A stretch of 64,000 nt of DNA from a virus (Duplodnaviria; Caudoviricetes): the IMG/VR virus record IMGVR_UViG_3300026549_000063, positions 21,643-85,642 of that record; one strand, 5' to 3'. Of this stretch, positions 1 through 11,400 are shown piece after piece (within the stretch, counting starts at the first letter, position 1; each line of letters starts with the position of its first letter). The notes beneath the pieces are model-generated. The model was not told the DNA's origin. It saw nothing but the letters and a program-made list of their open reading frames with translations, and did no database searches. Both the position numbers and the translations under genes were made by a program.

Positions 1-1484
1 TCCCAATCAGCATCGTTCTTAATACCGTAGCAATTATTCTTCATGTGGATTTCAACATCATCCACCAAAATTTCATAATCACCGAATTCGTCAGGCTGAA
101 CATTTTGATTTTTAACTATCTCAAGAAAATGCTGATACATCTCAGGCTTCATGATAACATCAAGATCCTGAGGGTTGATATCCATACCGTGAGCTCTTAA
201 TGCGCCAGTACCTTCGATAACGTAATTCTCTGCCGGATAATCATCAAGTACATGAACGTACGGATTGTCATCACGATATCTATCAGAACGAGCCAGCATC
301 TGTTTGAAGTCATCGATATCTTTGAACTGATAAATGGTATCTCCTGTATCATAAACCATAAACAGATAATAGTTATCTGTAGTAGGAGAACCATCTGGGC
401 CTCTGACTGGTTTAATAGATACAGGCTCAAAATGCATGGTGTTATCACGGAAGTCATTGATGATATCGTTTATTCCATCAGCAGTAGTAAATCTAGCTAT
501 GGTTCTATCATCTACTTCTACGTATTCACGTTTAAGTGTTTTAGAGTTAATAAGAGCAACAGTATTACTCTGCCCTGCACCAAATGTACCTACAAAGAGC
601 TGAGTAGTCATGACATTTACTATCACAGGAACCAGCGCTTTTAATCCTTCAAATAAAGGTATCAAAGCTTCATCGATACTAAATACATTAGGAGAATCTG
701 GTGACTTAGTTGCAGTTAATAGAGGAGAAGTAATAACGTTACGTGAACCGTAAACAATATCTCTTGCAGCATATTTACCCTGAGCAAATCCATGCTTGTC
801 ATCTATCATGTTTCTGATGTATTCATAGATTTCCTGCAGTTTATTCTGCATCTGGTAACGTATAGGATCAAAGATAGGATCATCTGTTCCATTGTCAGGA
901 AGAGATTTTGTTAACGACAATAAGTTAAGGTACAGTTTATTTATTTTTTCAGATTCAGGCCTACCGTTATGAATTCTAACATCTCTTAATGCAGCTGGAA
1001 GAATAATAAACTTGGTAATGAACAAACGATCTTTATACTTGTTTATTAGTTCTATTTTGTCATTACGCTGAGCTGATTCAGTTCTAGCAAAATTTATCTC
1101 TAACAGATGAGATATAAAGAATTGATATCCTGTATCTGAATTAGGATCATCTCTAGTGGTTCTAACGAAATCTTTAGTAGCAGGATCAAAATAAGCATAC
1201 TGCTTACCGGCAGCTATATCTTGATAAAACCCTTTAAGAGTCAATATCTGTCGATAGAGATGTGGGGATACCAACGTAGTACGTAAATACACAAAACCAC
1301 GCCGTATCAGTCGTTCTCTAGATCCTAACTGTCCAAATATAACTTCGGAGTATAAGCCATCCGGATGAAATCTCTCAGTGGAGGACTCGTACATTGCATG
1401 AGATGTCACAGGTAAGCACTGCTTACGTTCAACGTATTCATCCGGATTGATCATTGTTATGTTAAATGGTGCTAGCTTAGCCAT
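1..1484 (-). CDS. Phage multisubunit RNA polymerase beta-prime N-terminal subunit (partial, 3' end outside window)
   Basis: Hand translation is open from ATG 1484 (RBS GGGAG) to the window edge. Motifs PDGLYSEVIFG..RERLIRRG, ILPAALRD, INKLYLNL and KHGFAQGKYAARDIVYGSRNVIT match beta-prime conserved regions. Lying beside the giant tail lysin suggests the virion RNAP (phiKZ gp180/gp181-like order, from memory). Confidence 0.9.
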   Translation of the reverse strand, partial: MAKLAPFNITMINPDEYVERKQCLPVTSHAMYESSTERFHPDGLYSEVIFGQLGSRERLIRRGFVYLRTTLVSPHLYRQILTLKGFYQDIAAGKQYAYFDPATKDFVRTTRDDPNSDTGYQFFISHLLEINFARTESAQRNDKIELINKYKDRLFITKFIILPAALRDVRIHNGRPESEKINKLYLNLLSLTKSLPDNGTDDPIFDPIRYQMQNKLQEIYEYIRNMIDDKHGFAQGKYAARDIVYGSRNVITSPLLTATKSPDSPNVFSIDEALIPLFEGLKALVPVIVNVMTTQLFVGTFGAGQSNTVALINSKTLKREYVEVDDRTIARFTTADGINDIINDFRDNTMHFEPVSIKPVRGPDGSPTTDNYYLFMVYDTGDTIYQFKDIDDFKQMLARSDRYRDDNPYVHVLDDYPAENYVIEGTGALRAHGMDINPQDLDVIMKPEMYQHFLEIVKNQNVQPDEFGDYEILVDDVEIHMKNNCYGIKNDADW

Positions 1485-1605
1485 GTGCAGCTCCCAAATA
1501 AGAAAAATATTTCGATGATTTATATCATATACAAATGATACAATGTGCGCCATTCGATGACGCACCGTTGTAGGTCTTTAGACAAGTTTTGTTTAGGTAG
1601 AAATT

Positions 1606-2424
1606 ATGAGCGCATATTCTGATTTTCTGGATAAACACGATGATCTTATCACTAAGGTTAATGACGCTATCATGTATAGCAAATTTCACGCTATTAAAGA
1701 AGTGTACATAGATTTAGCCCTACTGAAAGATACCAGATTGGGGCTTATACTAGCTACCGATAAAGAAGCATTACCGTATATAAAAGCCAATCTGGATAGA
1801 TACCAGATGAGACCCAATCGTAGTTTTACCTTTGCTTTCCCTAAACTAAAATATAAAGAAAGCGAATACCAGAAAATGTATAAAGATGCCAAATACAGCA
1901 GAGACATCTTTAATTGCAGTCCCGATACTTCACTATCCGGGATGATTAAACGTATCTTCATTATGCTGTATGACAACAATACCCGTGTCAGATATTTTGA
2001 TAAAATACATGTTACTGTCAACACATATCCCTTACAACAGAACGACTTAACTAAGACTTACTGCAATATCTTAAACAATATTTCGGATGGCAGAGCTGTA
2101 GTAGAATTTATCACCACTGATCCGCGTACCATAAATGAAGATAAATGGAGATCTATGGATCTAATGTTTATCGATAACATCAACTATACCTGCGATGTTA
2201 AAGGCACTTTGTATAAACCGTTAATAGAAGAAGCTTCTATGCCTTTAACTCAAATCTATGCACCGTATAGCTGCGAAGACAGTATGCTTCATCAGTGGCA
2301 AAGATACAACGTAGATTTTACCGACAAAGAGACTATGAAGTTACTATTTCAGACTACTGAACTAGTAATGAACACTCTCTGTCATTTCCTATTTGCATCG
2401 TTTGACGTTGCTACCGATAAGTAG
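1606..2424 (+). CDS. Hypothetical protein
   Basis: 272-aa ORF, co-oriented and tightly linked to the giant tail gene; no motif recognised. Confidence 0.75.
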   Translation: MSAYSDFLDKHDDLITKVNDAIMYSKFHAIKEVYIDLALLKDTRLGLILATDKEALPYIKANLDRYQMRPNRSFTFAFPKLKYKESEYQKMYKDAKYSRDIFNCSPDTSLSGMIKRIFIMLYDNNTRVRYFDKIHVTVNTYPLQQNDLTKTYCNILNNISDGRAVVEFITTDPRTINEDKWRSMDLMFIDNINYTCDVKGTLYKPLIEEASMPLTQIYAPYSCEDSMLHQWQRYNVDFTDKETMKLLFQTTELVMNTLCHFLFASFDVATDK

Positions 2425-2438
2425 GAGGATTATTCATT

Positions 2439-5400
2439 ATGAGTTTCTTTGATAAAAAGAGTAAAGACCCGACTTCGAAGGATGCGAAACACGAATTTGA
2501 CAGAGACAATCTGGATTCGGAACTCGACGACCTTCTAAACGACAACTTTGATTATCAGTCCGATGAAGATATAGTCGATCCAGATAAACGACATCCGATA
2601 ATCAAAAAGCTAAGAGATGTGGGTATAGATGTCGATGCTATCAAGAGTAATGCTCTTGAAGGTGCCGGCGAAGGTATCAAAAACGCTATCGATAAATCTA
2701 TGCCTAATGTATCGAGAACCTGGGAAGGAGGACAGAATTTACTATCAGAACTCGATACTCTCAAAACTGAATCACTAGATAAAATTATTCCTGCCTATAA
2801 CGCAACTATGCGTAGTGCCAAGAGAATGGCAACTAGTTTAGCAGGAAGATTACCGTTCAAACTCGATAAGAAAATAGCTGCACTTATCGATAAAATACAC
2901 GAACCTGATGAAGGCGGTTACGAGCCTAAAAGTAAAGATCAGATAAGAGAAGAAAGCCAGAAGAACGCCATGGCCGCAATCTTCCAGGCTGAACAGCAGG
3001 AACGTGTAGAAGATAAGCGTGAAGCCACTATAGAAAAAACCTTTGATAGACGTGTCGGTCAGATACACCATCAGGAAACCGCTAGTATTCTTAACGTCAT
3101 TCGTAATCAAAGTGTTTTTCAGACAGCATTTACTCGTGGTACATTTACTGCTTACCTTAAGAAAGATCTAGAACTTAAATACAAACAGTTATATGCAACT
3201 CAAGATTTACTTGAATCGCATAAACTGATGGTTAAATCTTTCCAGGAGCGTCTTGATGCTATTCGCAAGAATACTGCGCTTCCTGACGTCGATAAGATAA
3301 CCTCAACCGAACTAATCAAAAAGAAAGTCAAAGAAGGTCTACTTAACACAGTAGGCAATAAACTCGGTTCATATTTCGGCGATATGCGTAAGAACATCAT
3401 GGAGCAGTATGTAAAGCCATTCATCAGTCAGATGGAAATGGGTACAACCGCGATGGATATGCTCGGCGGAAATATGGACATGATGCTCGGCAAAGCCCCA
3501 GAGGAATTTCAATGGAGCGATGTGGGCAGAATGGGCTTGAACTTTGGTGTTAAGAAAGTATTTAGCGGGTTTACTAAGCAGCTCACTAACAAAATGCTGG
3601 ATAGCCTAGATCCTGCTACCAGAGCAAAAGTAGAAGGTTATCTCTCGCTTGGCGAAAACGGCATCAAACTACTAATTAACGATTACGCAGCTGGCAGAAT
3701 AGGTGATCCGGACAAACTGTCAGGACTCAAAGATTTCTTAGCTAATATTACTCCTGATCTTCGTCAGTCTGATGAAATATCTACTTCTAATTATGCAGAT
3801 TTAGATAAAGGTGGTAAACTATCTAATCGTACAATTTTAACCATCGAGAAAATTATCCCTGCATACCTAAGGTCACAGACTAAATATCTCGAAATATTAG
3901 CTACTGGCAACACTAATGCAGAAGAACAAGTTTGGGATTTTAAGAAGAATCAATTAACTACCACCTCCGCATATGTCGAAAGCGTACAAAAAGAATTAGC
4001 TGGTTCCAGAAATACACTTCTGTACGAACGCCAAGGAAACCTAAACTCCGCCAGAGATCTTCTTGAAACAAATTTCAAGAAACAAAACGCAGCTTTGTAC
4101 AAAGAAATGGATAAACAGTTAGCCAACTATGCCGACGGTATAACTGCTGTCATGGGTGGCATGGCTGCCAGCAACTACGCAATCGATCATGGCGGAGACG
4201 AAATACTTCTTGACTTCCAAAGAATTAAATCCAGCCTAGAAGCTGAAAATACTGATTACGAAGATAACGCTTTATTCAAAGCAGCCTACGGAAATGTAAA
4301 ACCAGACAAGGTACTGAATGTAACTGAATGGTTCATCAAATTGCTGACAGATCCTAAAACCAATGAACTTAATAAAGGTATGGCTCTTCAGCTCAGAAAT
4401 AAGATAAATGAGATTTCAATAAACAGTACCAATCGTGAAGCTAATGTCATGTTGGCTACCATGGCTGATCAAGACGCTAGCATCTCTAAGAAAGTCAATG
4501 TAACTCACACAGATAAATATGGCCGCACTTATATCGATCGTAATAAAGTAAACAATTTACGTGAACAATATAACGGTAGTTTAACCGCTAAAGAAATTGC
4601 TGGATCGACACTTAATACAAAAGCACAAATGCGGCGGGAAGCTTACAACAGAATGAGTGCAGCCGATCAGGCTAAAGAAGATCGTGCAATAAGAAGAGTT
4701 GAAAACTTCCTATATACAGACGAGGGTAAAGAAGCTCTTAAGAAATTCCTGACTGAGGATAGAGCAGGCAAAAAGATATTCAAGGAATACCAGCGTAATA
4801 ATCCTGGCAAAACAGTAGATGAAGCCATAAAAGATAACGATCCTGATCTTCTTAACGAAGTTAAATATGCGCCTGGCATGCGAGCTAAAGCTGCTGGTAA
4901 AGCTGGATCGTTCTTTGAAATGATCGGTAAATTCTTTGGTGCTGAAGGTCTTGAAAATATTGGTGCTGCGGCTGCTGACAAAGCGTATGACGTAGCTATG
5001 AGCAATGCGCTTAAAGTTATCAACAAATTCGGTAAATCTCTTGGCGATATTCGTTCGGTATTTGTAGATGAGAATGGACATGTCCGAAAACTTGATAACA
5101 TCGACGAAACCGTAATCACTAACTGGCTTATGTCCGTACCGGATAAGGTTAAGTTTTTACAGTTAGTTGAATCTAATAGAGAGCTACAGATAGTAATAGA
5201 TCAAATGCCCGATTTTGCCTGGGAAGCTATTAACTACCTCAAAGCTAACCCGGATGAATTCGATAATCTTTCGTCTGATGAAGCAGGCATAGACAAATTA
5301 TCTAACAACATAGAAAATTTCGAAAATAATGAACAAAATAAGATCGCTCAAGATTTTACTCAAACTACTAAATCAAAGTCTTTAAGAAATCTTAATAGAT

Positions 5401-8400
5401 CTTACAGAAAAGCCAATGTTCGTGCTCCTAAAGGTCCTAAACCTTCAGGCAGAAATGGTAATACTCAGCCTAATGGCGGTCTTAATACTGCTGCGTTTAA
5501 TAATCTGGTTACACTTACTCAGACTCAGAACGCAACTGTAGACTTCATCAAGAGTGATGTATCTAAGATAGCAGCTCTACTAGATCAGCACTTCGGAGGA
5601 AATGGTGGAGCTGGTAATACTCAGCCTAATGGTAATGGTCCTAACGGCCCTAGTGGTTCTCCTACTCCTACGTCTATCGATCTTAGTACCTTAAGTGGTT
5701 CGCTTAATATCGATAACGTAGATATGCGTACTGGTATCGGAAATCTCGATAAGAGTGTTTCTAAGATGCTAGACTTCATGAAGCACAATACCGATACTTT
5801 AGATAACCTTTATAAAACTGCCGAAAAGATTACTACTGAGCACAAGAAATCTTCCAGAGAACGTGGTAGATCTAACAACAAAGCTATGCTGTCTGTAGTA
5901 AAAGCTATAGCGGCTGATGTTGTTGAGATCAAAGAAAATACTGGCAAGTCAGCAAATGATATAGCAAGTATCCGTACTAACACAGATCCAACTGAAGCTG
6001 CTGCGCAGGATAAAAAGAAAAAGAAAGGACTGTTTAATACTATCTTCGTTCAGCCTCTTGCGGCTGCTATCAAAGGCAGTGTAGCTGGATTGTCTTTTGC
6101 TCTTAACAACGCTACTTCGATGATCTATACTCTATTCACCGGTAAGAAACTTAAAAAAGGTTTCGGTGATTTTGGTAGTAAGCTAGGTAGTGCTGGACAC
6201 GGTATTGTTGATCTTGGCGGAAGTGCGATTTCATCTGTTATTAAATTCATCAAGGACATCCATCCATTTGAGAAAGTAACTAAAGTTGCATCCACTGCGT
6301 TTAATGCTGCAGCTGGGCAAGTAGCTCAAACATATTCTGGTTTAACTAGAGCCTACGACGATGTCTATAGTTCTCGTCAGCAAGATAAGTCTAAACCGCT
6401 TGTTTCTGGCGAAGCATTTCGCGATGGACTAGTTGTAGATGCTAAAGGACACAAAGTAAGAACTGTTTACGATATCAAAGGCCCCTGCTATCAATGGGAT
6501 AAAGAAAACAACCGTATCGGCAATATGCTCATTTCTTCTGAAGATATCACTGAAGGAGAAGGACTAATATTTGCTGATGGTAAACCAATTAAATCATCCT
6601 TCTTATCTAGGTTTGCTTCTAAGGTTCGTAGAGTTGGAACTATAGCAACTGATGCTATTTTTAGTTTACCTGGGCTAGTAGGTGGAGCTCTCAAAAAGGC
6701 TATGAAGCTCACTAGCTGGTTATTCACAAAAAGAGACCCGTTCATTGATGTTTACATCATTGATAAAGATACTGCTGAATTTAAGAAAGTAATTAACGGA
6801 AAAGATCTTGTAAATAACAAGACTACTAGAAAGTATGTAGTTAAAGGATTTGGTCCAGGTGATTGGGTCCCTGTTAAATCTGCATATGGCATCGAGAAAG
6901 AAGTTTATGAATTTAAGGATGGTAGCTATCAGGTTATCATTGACGATGACGATTTGAAAAACGGTTTGTACGATGCAAACGGTAATAGGCTAACTAAGTG
7001 GCGAGGAGCATCAATAGCCGGCAAAGCTGCACAGGTTGCTGGTAAAGCCATGCGAATAGCCGGATCTCTGGCACTTAAAGGCGTCAAGCTTGCAGGTAAA
7101 GCTATCAAAGGCGCAGCTGGAAAAGTTATGAAACTGTTCCGTGGTGGATTACATGTATTAGGTGAAAGCGGAACTGCTGTAGGCAAGTTCATCACCTCGG
7201 CCTTCTCCTCGGTCGTTTCCACATTGACAGGATTCGGTATAACCAGGAATGACCTTATCGACATCATTGGCGATAGGTTAATAGACATCTACGAATTACT
7301 AGACGCACGTATGCCAGGTGGTTCCGTTGCAGGCGATAACGACGGTAGCGGCTATCGTGACGGATCATATCGCGATTACCAAAAACGTAAAGAAGAAGAA
7401 AGGAAGAAGCGTAAACAGAAACAAGAAGAACAGGAAAAGAAAAAGAATAAAGATAAGGCTGAAATGGCAGCTGACGGCGAACCCAATGATGGTCCTGAAG
7501 AAGCCGATGAGAATAACTCATCTGGGGAAGGCGGGAGCAGCATTTGGGATTGGATGATGGCAGCTTCCGGTATCAGCGCACTTAAAGACACCGCCGGTGG
7601 ATGGTGGGAAAAGAAAAAACAGAATGGATTAAGACGTGCCCGAATAGCCAGACGCAGAGCGGGTAGAAGACTCAGAAGCATGGGTCGAGCTGCAGGTCGT
7701 GGCATTCGCGGCGGAGCCCGCATGATGGGCCGTGCAGCTGGCACTATGCTCGGTGGTGTAGGCAGAGCTGCCGGAGCAGTACTAGGCGGAGCCGGAAGAG
7801 CAGCTGGAACTGTATTAGGAGCTGGAGCAAGAGGAGTTCTTGGTTTAGCCGGTGGAGCACTTAGACTAGGCGGCGGACTACTTGGACTTACTGGGCGCGT
7901 TGCAGCTGGATTACTTAGCGGTCCTATAGGCTGGGCACTTACTTTAGGTACAGTTGGATACTACACTTATAAATTAGCATCTGACAGCGGTACTACTAAG
8001 CTATTCCGTATACCGAGAGCTAAAGCTTATGGTTTAACGACCAAACAGTGGGAAGCTTTCGAAGACCTTGAAACCGATACTTATAACGCCTGGAAGAATG
8101 GCCAAGAAGGCGTTGATAACGATCGTCTTGAACAATTTGGTGAAAAGATAGATTTCATTGGCGGAATGGGTTACTTCGATGCCGGGGATGACGATAGCGA
8201 AGCAAATAAAATTGAGTTCTTAACTCAATGGTACCGTGCGAGATTTTTACCTGCTTATAAAGACTATGTAAAGATTATTTGCCAGGTAACAAACAATGAT
8301 GGAAAGAAACAGCCTAAAGCTGACGATGTCGATGCATCCAAAGCTTATGCTGTTAAACAGGCTCTTGACAAAGCTTTAGAGAAATATGCAAGCGGTCCTG

Positions 8401-11400
8401 CCAGCAAGCTTGTTCCTAATAAGCAATGCTTTATTAAGTGGTTGGCAGACAGACGTAAAGATGCAAAATTTAGAGAGAAAGAAGAACAACGCAACCGTAA
8501 CAAAGAATTCAGTAAATCTAACTTTAGCCGTGCAGGAAAAGATTTTAGTTACAGCTGGAACGAACTGAAGCACGGCAACTTACTGAACGCAACTTATGCA
8601 TTTGGTAAAGGTATAAGAGATTCTATATTTGGGCTATTCGGATCTATTGCCGATATGGCTAAAGACTTCTACTCTGAAGATGTTAGTTCCTACGATCAAG
8701 CTTGGCGTGAAGCTAAGTTAGTAGCATACAACTTCAAGAAGAAAGAAGCAGCTATAAATAGAAATAAAGAAGTTGGTATCCCCTTTGGCCCCATTGGTAT
8801 CGCCTTTGACCTCACCCGGAGTCTTGTGACAGGAATAACCACTACTGATAAGATAGAATTCCTGGATAACCTTGAAGATAAAGCCAGACCTATCGTCGAC
8901 CAGGAACGTCCTGATCTTGATAGAACTGAGTTAACTGAACTTGCAGATGAACTCATTCCAGATGAAGAGATAAAAGCTAGTGCTAAGAAATTCGGAGGAA
9001 ATACTAAAGAAGTTGAAGATGCTAAGGTAGACTACATCTCAACTTGGTGGAATAGAATCTTTATGCCTATCTTCACCATGTACCTTAGGGCTCTTCGTGC
9101 TGTTACTAAAACTGATATTGGTGATAAGCCTCACCTTAACAGTGTTCCTAAGGAAATCAGAGCACAGACTATCGATGCATTTAAGAAGGGGGCATCTGAC
9201 TACAAGAGTAAGAATAAGCTATTCGATCTCATTCCTACTGCTAAAGGTTATGCTGAATGGTACATGGCTATCGATAAGACTGCTATAGATTCAGCTACTA
9301 CAGTAAGAAGATCTAAGAGCGTTGGAGAAAAAGTAACTGAAGCATTCCAGGGAACTGGGCATCAGTTCGGTGAAGCTTGGGATAAACTTTGGGAGGGAGA
9401 TTTCAAAGGATCCTGGCGTTCACTCACTAAGGGAACTAAGAAACTACTTACAGGTATCGGGAAATCTATCACGGGTATTGGCGAATCTATCGGAGATTAC
9501 TTCTACGGTAGAGGAAGTAATACTGTCGAGAAGAACTCATGGCGCGAATTAAGGTATAAGTACTACAACTATCCTAATGCTACTATTGGCGTAGAAGATC
9601 CCACAACTAAAGCTAGACTAGCTGCTATCGAGGAACTCGAAAAGAAAGCTTTAGCTACCGTTGAGGAAGGCGAAGATGCTGCCAACAACCTAATCAATAC
9701 TGGGCTAGACGACAAAGTACTTGAGAAATTCGGTATTACTATCGGATTCATCAGACCTAAAAAAGGAATTGCTAACTCGAGAGGAAGACGGGGTAATGTA
9801 CGTGCACAGGTAGATTACAGCGATAAGGACAACAAATGGGCTAAAGACTTTATCAGATACTGGGTAGAGCATGTATTCTTACCAGTATATAAGGACTACG
9901 TAACCATAGTCAGTATATACACCGAAAGAGAACCTGGTGATAATGTCAACCCTGATGATATCAAGAAAGAAGAACGCGAAGAGGCAATGGAGTACTTTAA
10001 GAAAGCTGCATCGCCTAAAGCCGCTAAGTACAAAGATTACCCGATGAGTAGCAAAGGCTACGTTAAGTTCATCAAAGAACTCTTAGCCTATGAGAAAGCT
10101 ACAGCCGAAGGTAAGGGCAATGCTCCTGTAACTTCAGCAGTTTCAGCTACTCTTGCTGCAAATAGCGAAAAAAATAAGAATGAGGTAACTAACAGGATAA
10201 ATAGCGTTACAACTGGTATGGGTAAAGATGGTGATAAAGGCGTAGCAGAAGCTACTACTAAAGCAGCGTCCACACTCGATCAGGATATCGCTATAGTAAC
10301 CAGATCTTCCGGATCTAACCCGAAATCCATGGCTGCTTATCTTGGTGTTCCTGATGCTGAAGATAAGAAGATTCCTGCTAAATGGAAAAATATCTTAACC
10401 GCTGGTTCTATCAAGACTCAATTCTTCCAGGCAAGATTAAGATCTTACTCTAACGTTCTCGGTACTCCTCCCGGAGTATATCTAGGCGATACCTTTAAGG
10501 ATAACCTTGAAGGAAAATGGTTCAGAGCTTTCCGTGATTTATTCGACAAAGTTACTTCTGGCCGTAATGCTCAGGATTCTCTTGAAAAGAGTCTATTTGA
10601 CTATCAGAACAACGGTGCTAGCTCAACCTTCGCTGAGAACGTAAGCAAACTGGCAGCATTCACCTTCTTCCAGCTTGGTAACCCTGATGCAGTAAGAATA
10701 GCTGCTTCTAAATGGGAACATCCTAGTTGGATGGATCCTGATGGAAATAGAACTAATCCGGATATCAGTAAAAATATCGATGATTGCATTCAGTATATTA
10801 ACAATGACCTCAAGAAAATGGGAAGAAAAACTGAGGATGACGTTGCTGTTGCTGACTGGCTTGAAAGTGTTGTTGACAAACTTAACAAATGGGCTAACAT
10901 TGTTAGAGAGTGGGTATCCTGGGTTATCAATCCAGTATTTGCGTACTACACTTCTTTCGTCAATAAGCTAACTGGCCATGATGATACAGTAATGCCCGAT
11001 CCTACTGCTATCCCTGCAGCGCAGCGTAGAAATGCTTTAATCATGTTCCTTACCAGAGCCGAGAAAATTTGCTCCAGCGCATCTCGCCCTTATTTACGCG
11101 ATTTCAACTTAGGAACCGGGTTGTTCAATATTCCTGTAGCGCAAATCATGGAAGCGTACGATAAGTTCACTGCCAAAGATAACACTGCGAATAATATCGG
11201 AACTAAGGGTTCTATTAAACGCAACGGTGCTCCTGGATCTGATAAGAACACCAATAAAGATAACGATAAGAGTAAAGATAACGCAGCTGAACCTGCTAAC
11301 AACGAAGGAGCTGCTGGTAAGAGTGGTAGTACTCAATCCGGTACACAATCTCCTAACGCTAATGGAACCGGTGCAAATCCTGAACAGACTATGAGCGATC

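Noticed and set aside
197-644. Track ORFs 197..457 and 252..644, and the many short antisense or off-frame ORFs inside long genes
   Set aside because: They are shadows of the RNAP gene and other long coding regions, with no RBS or motifs.
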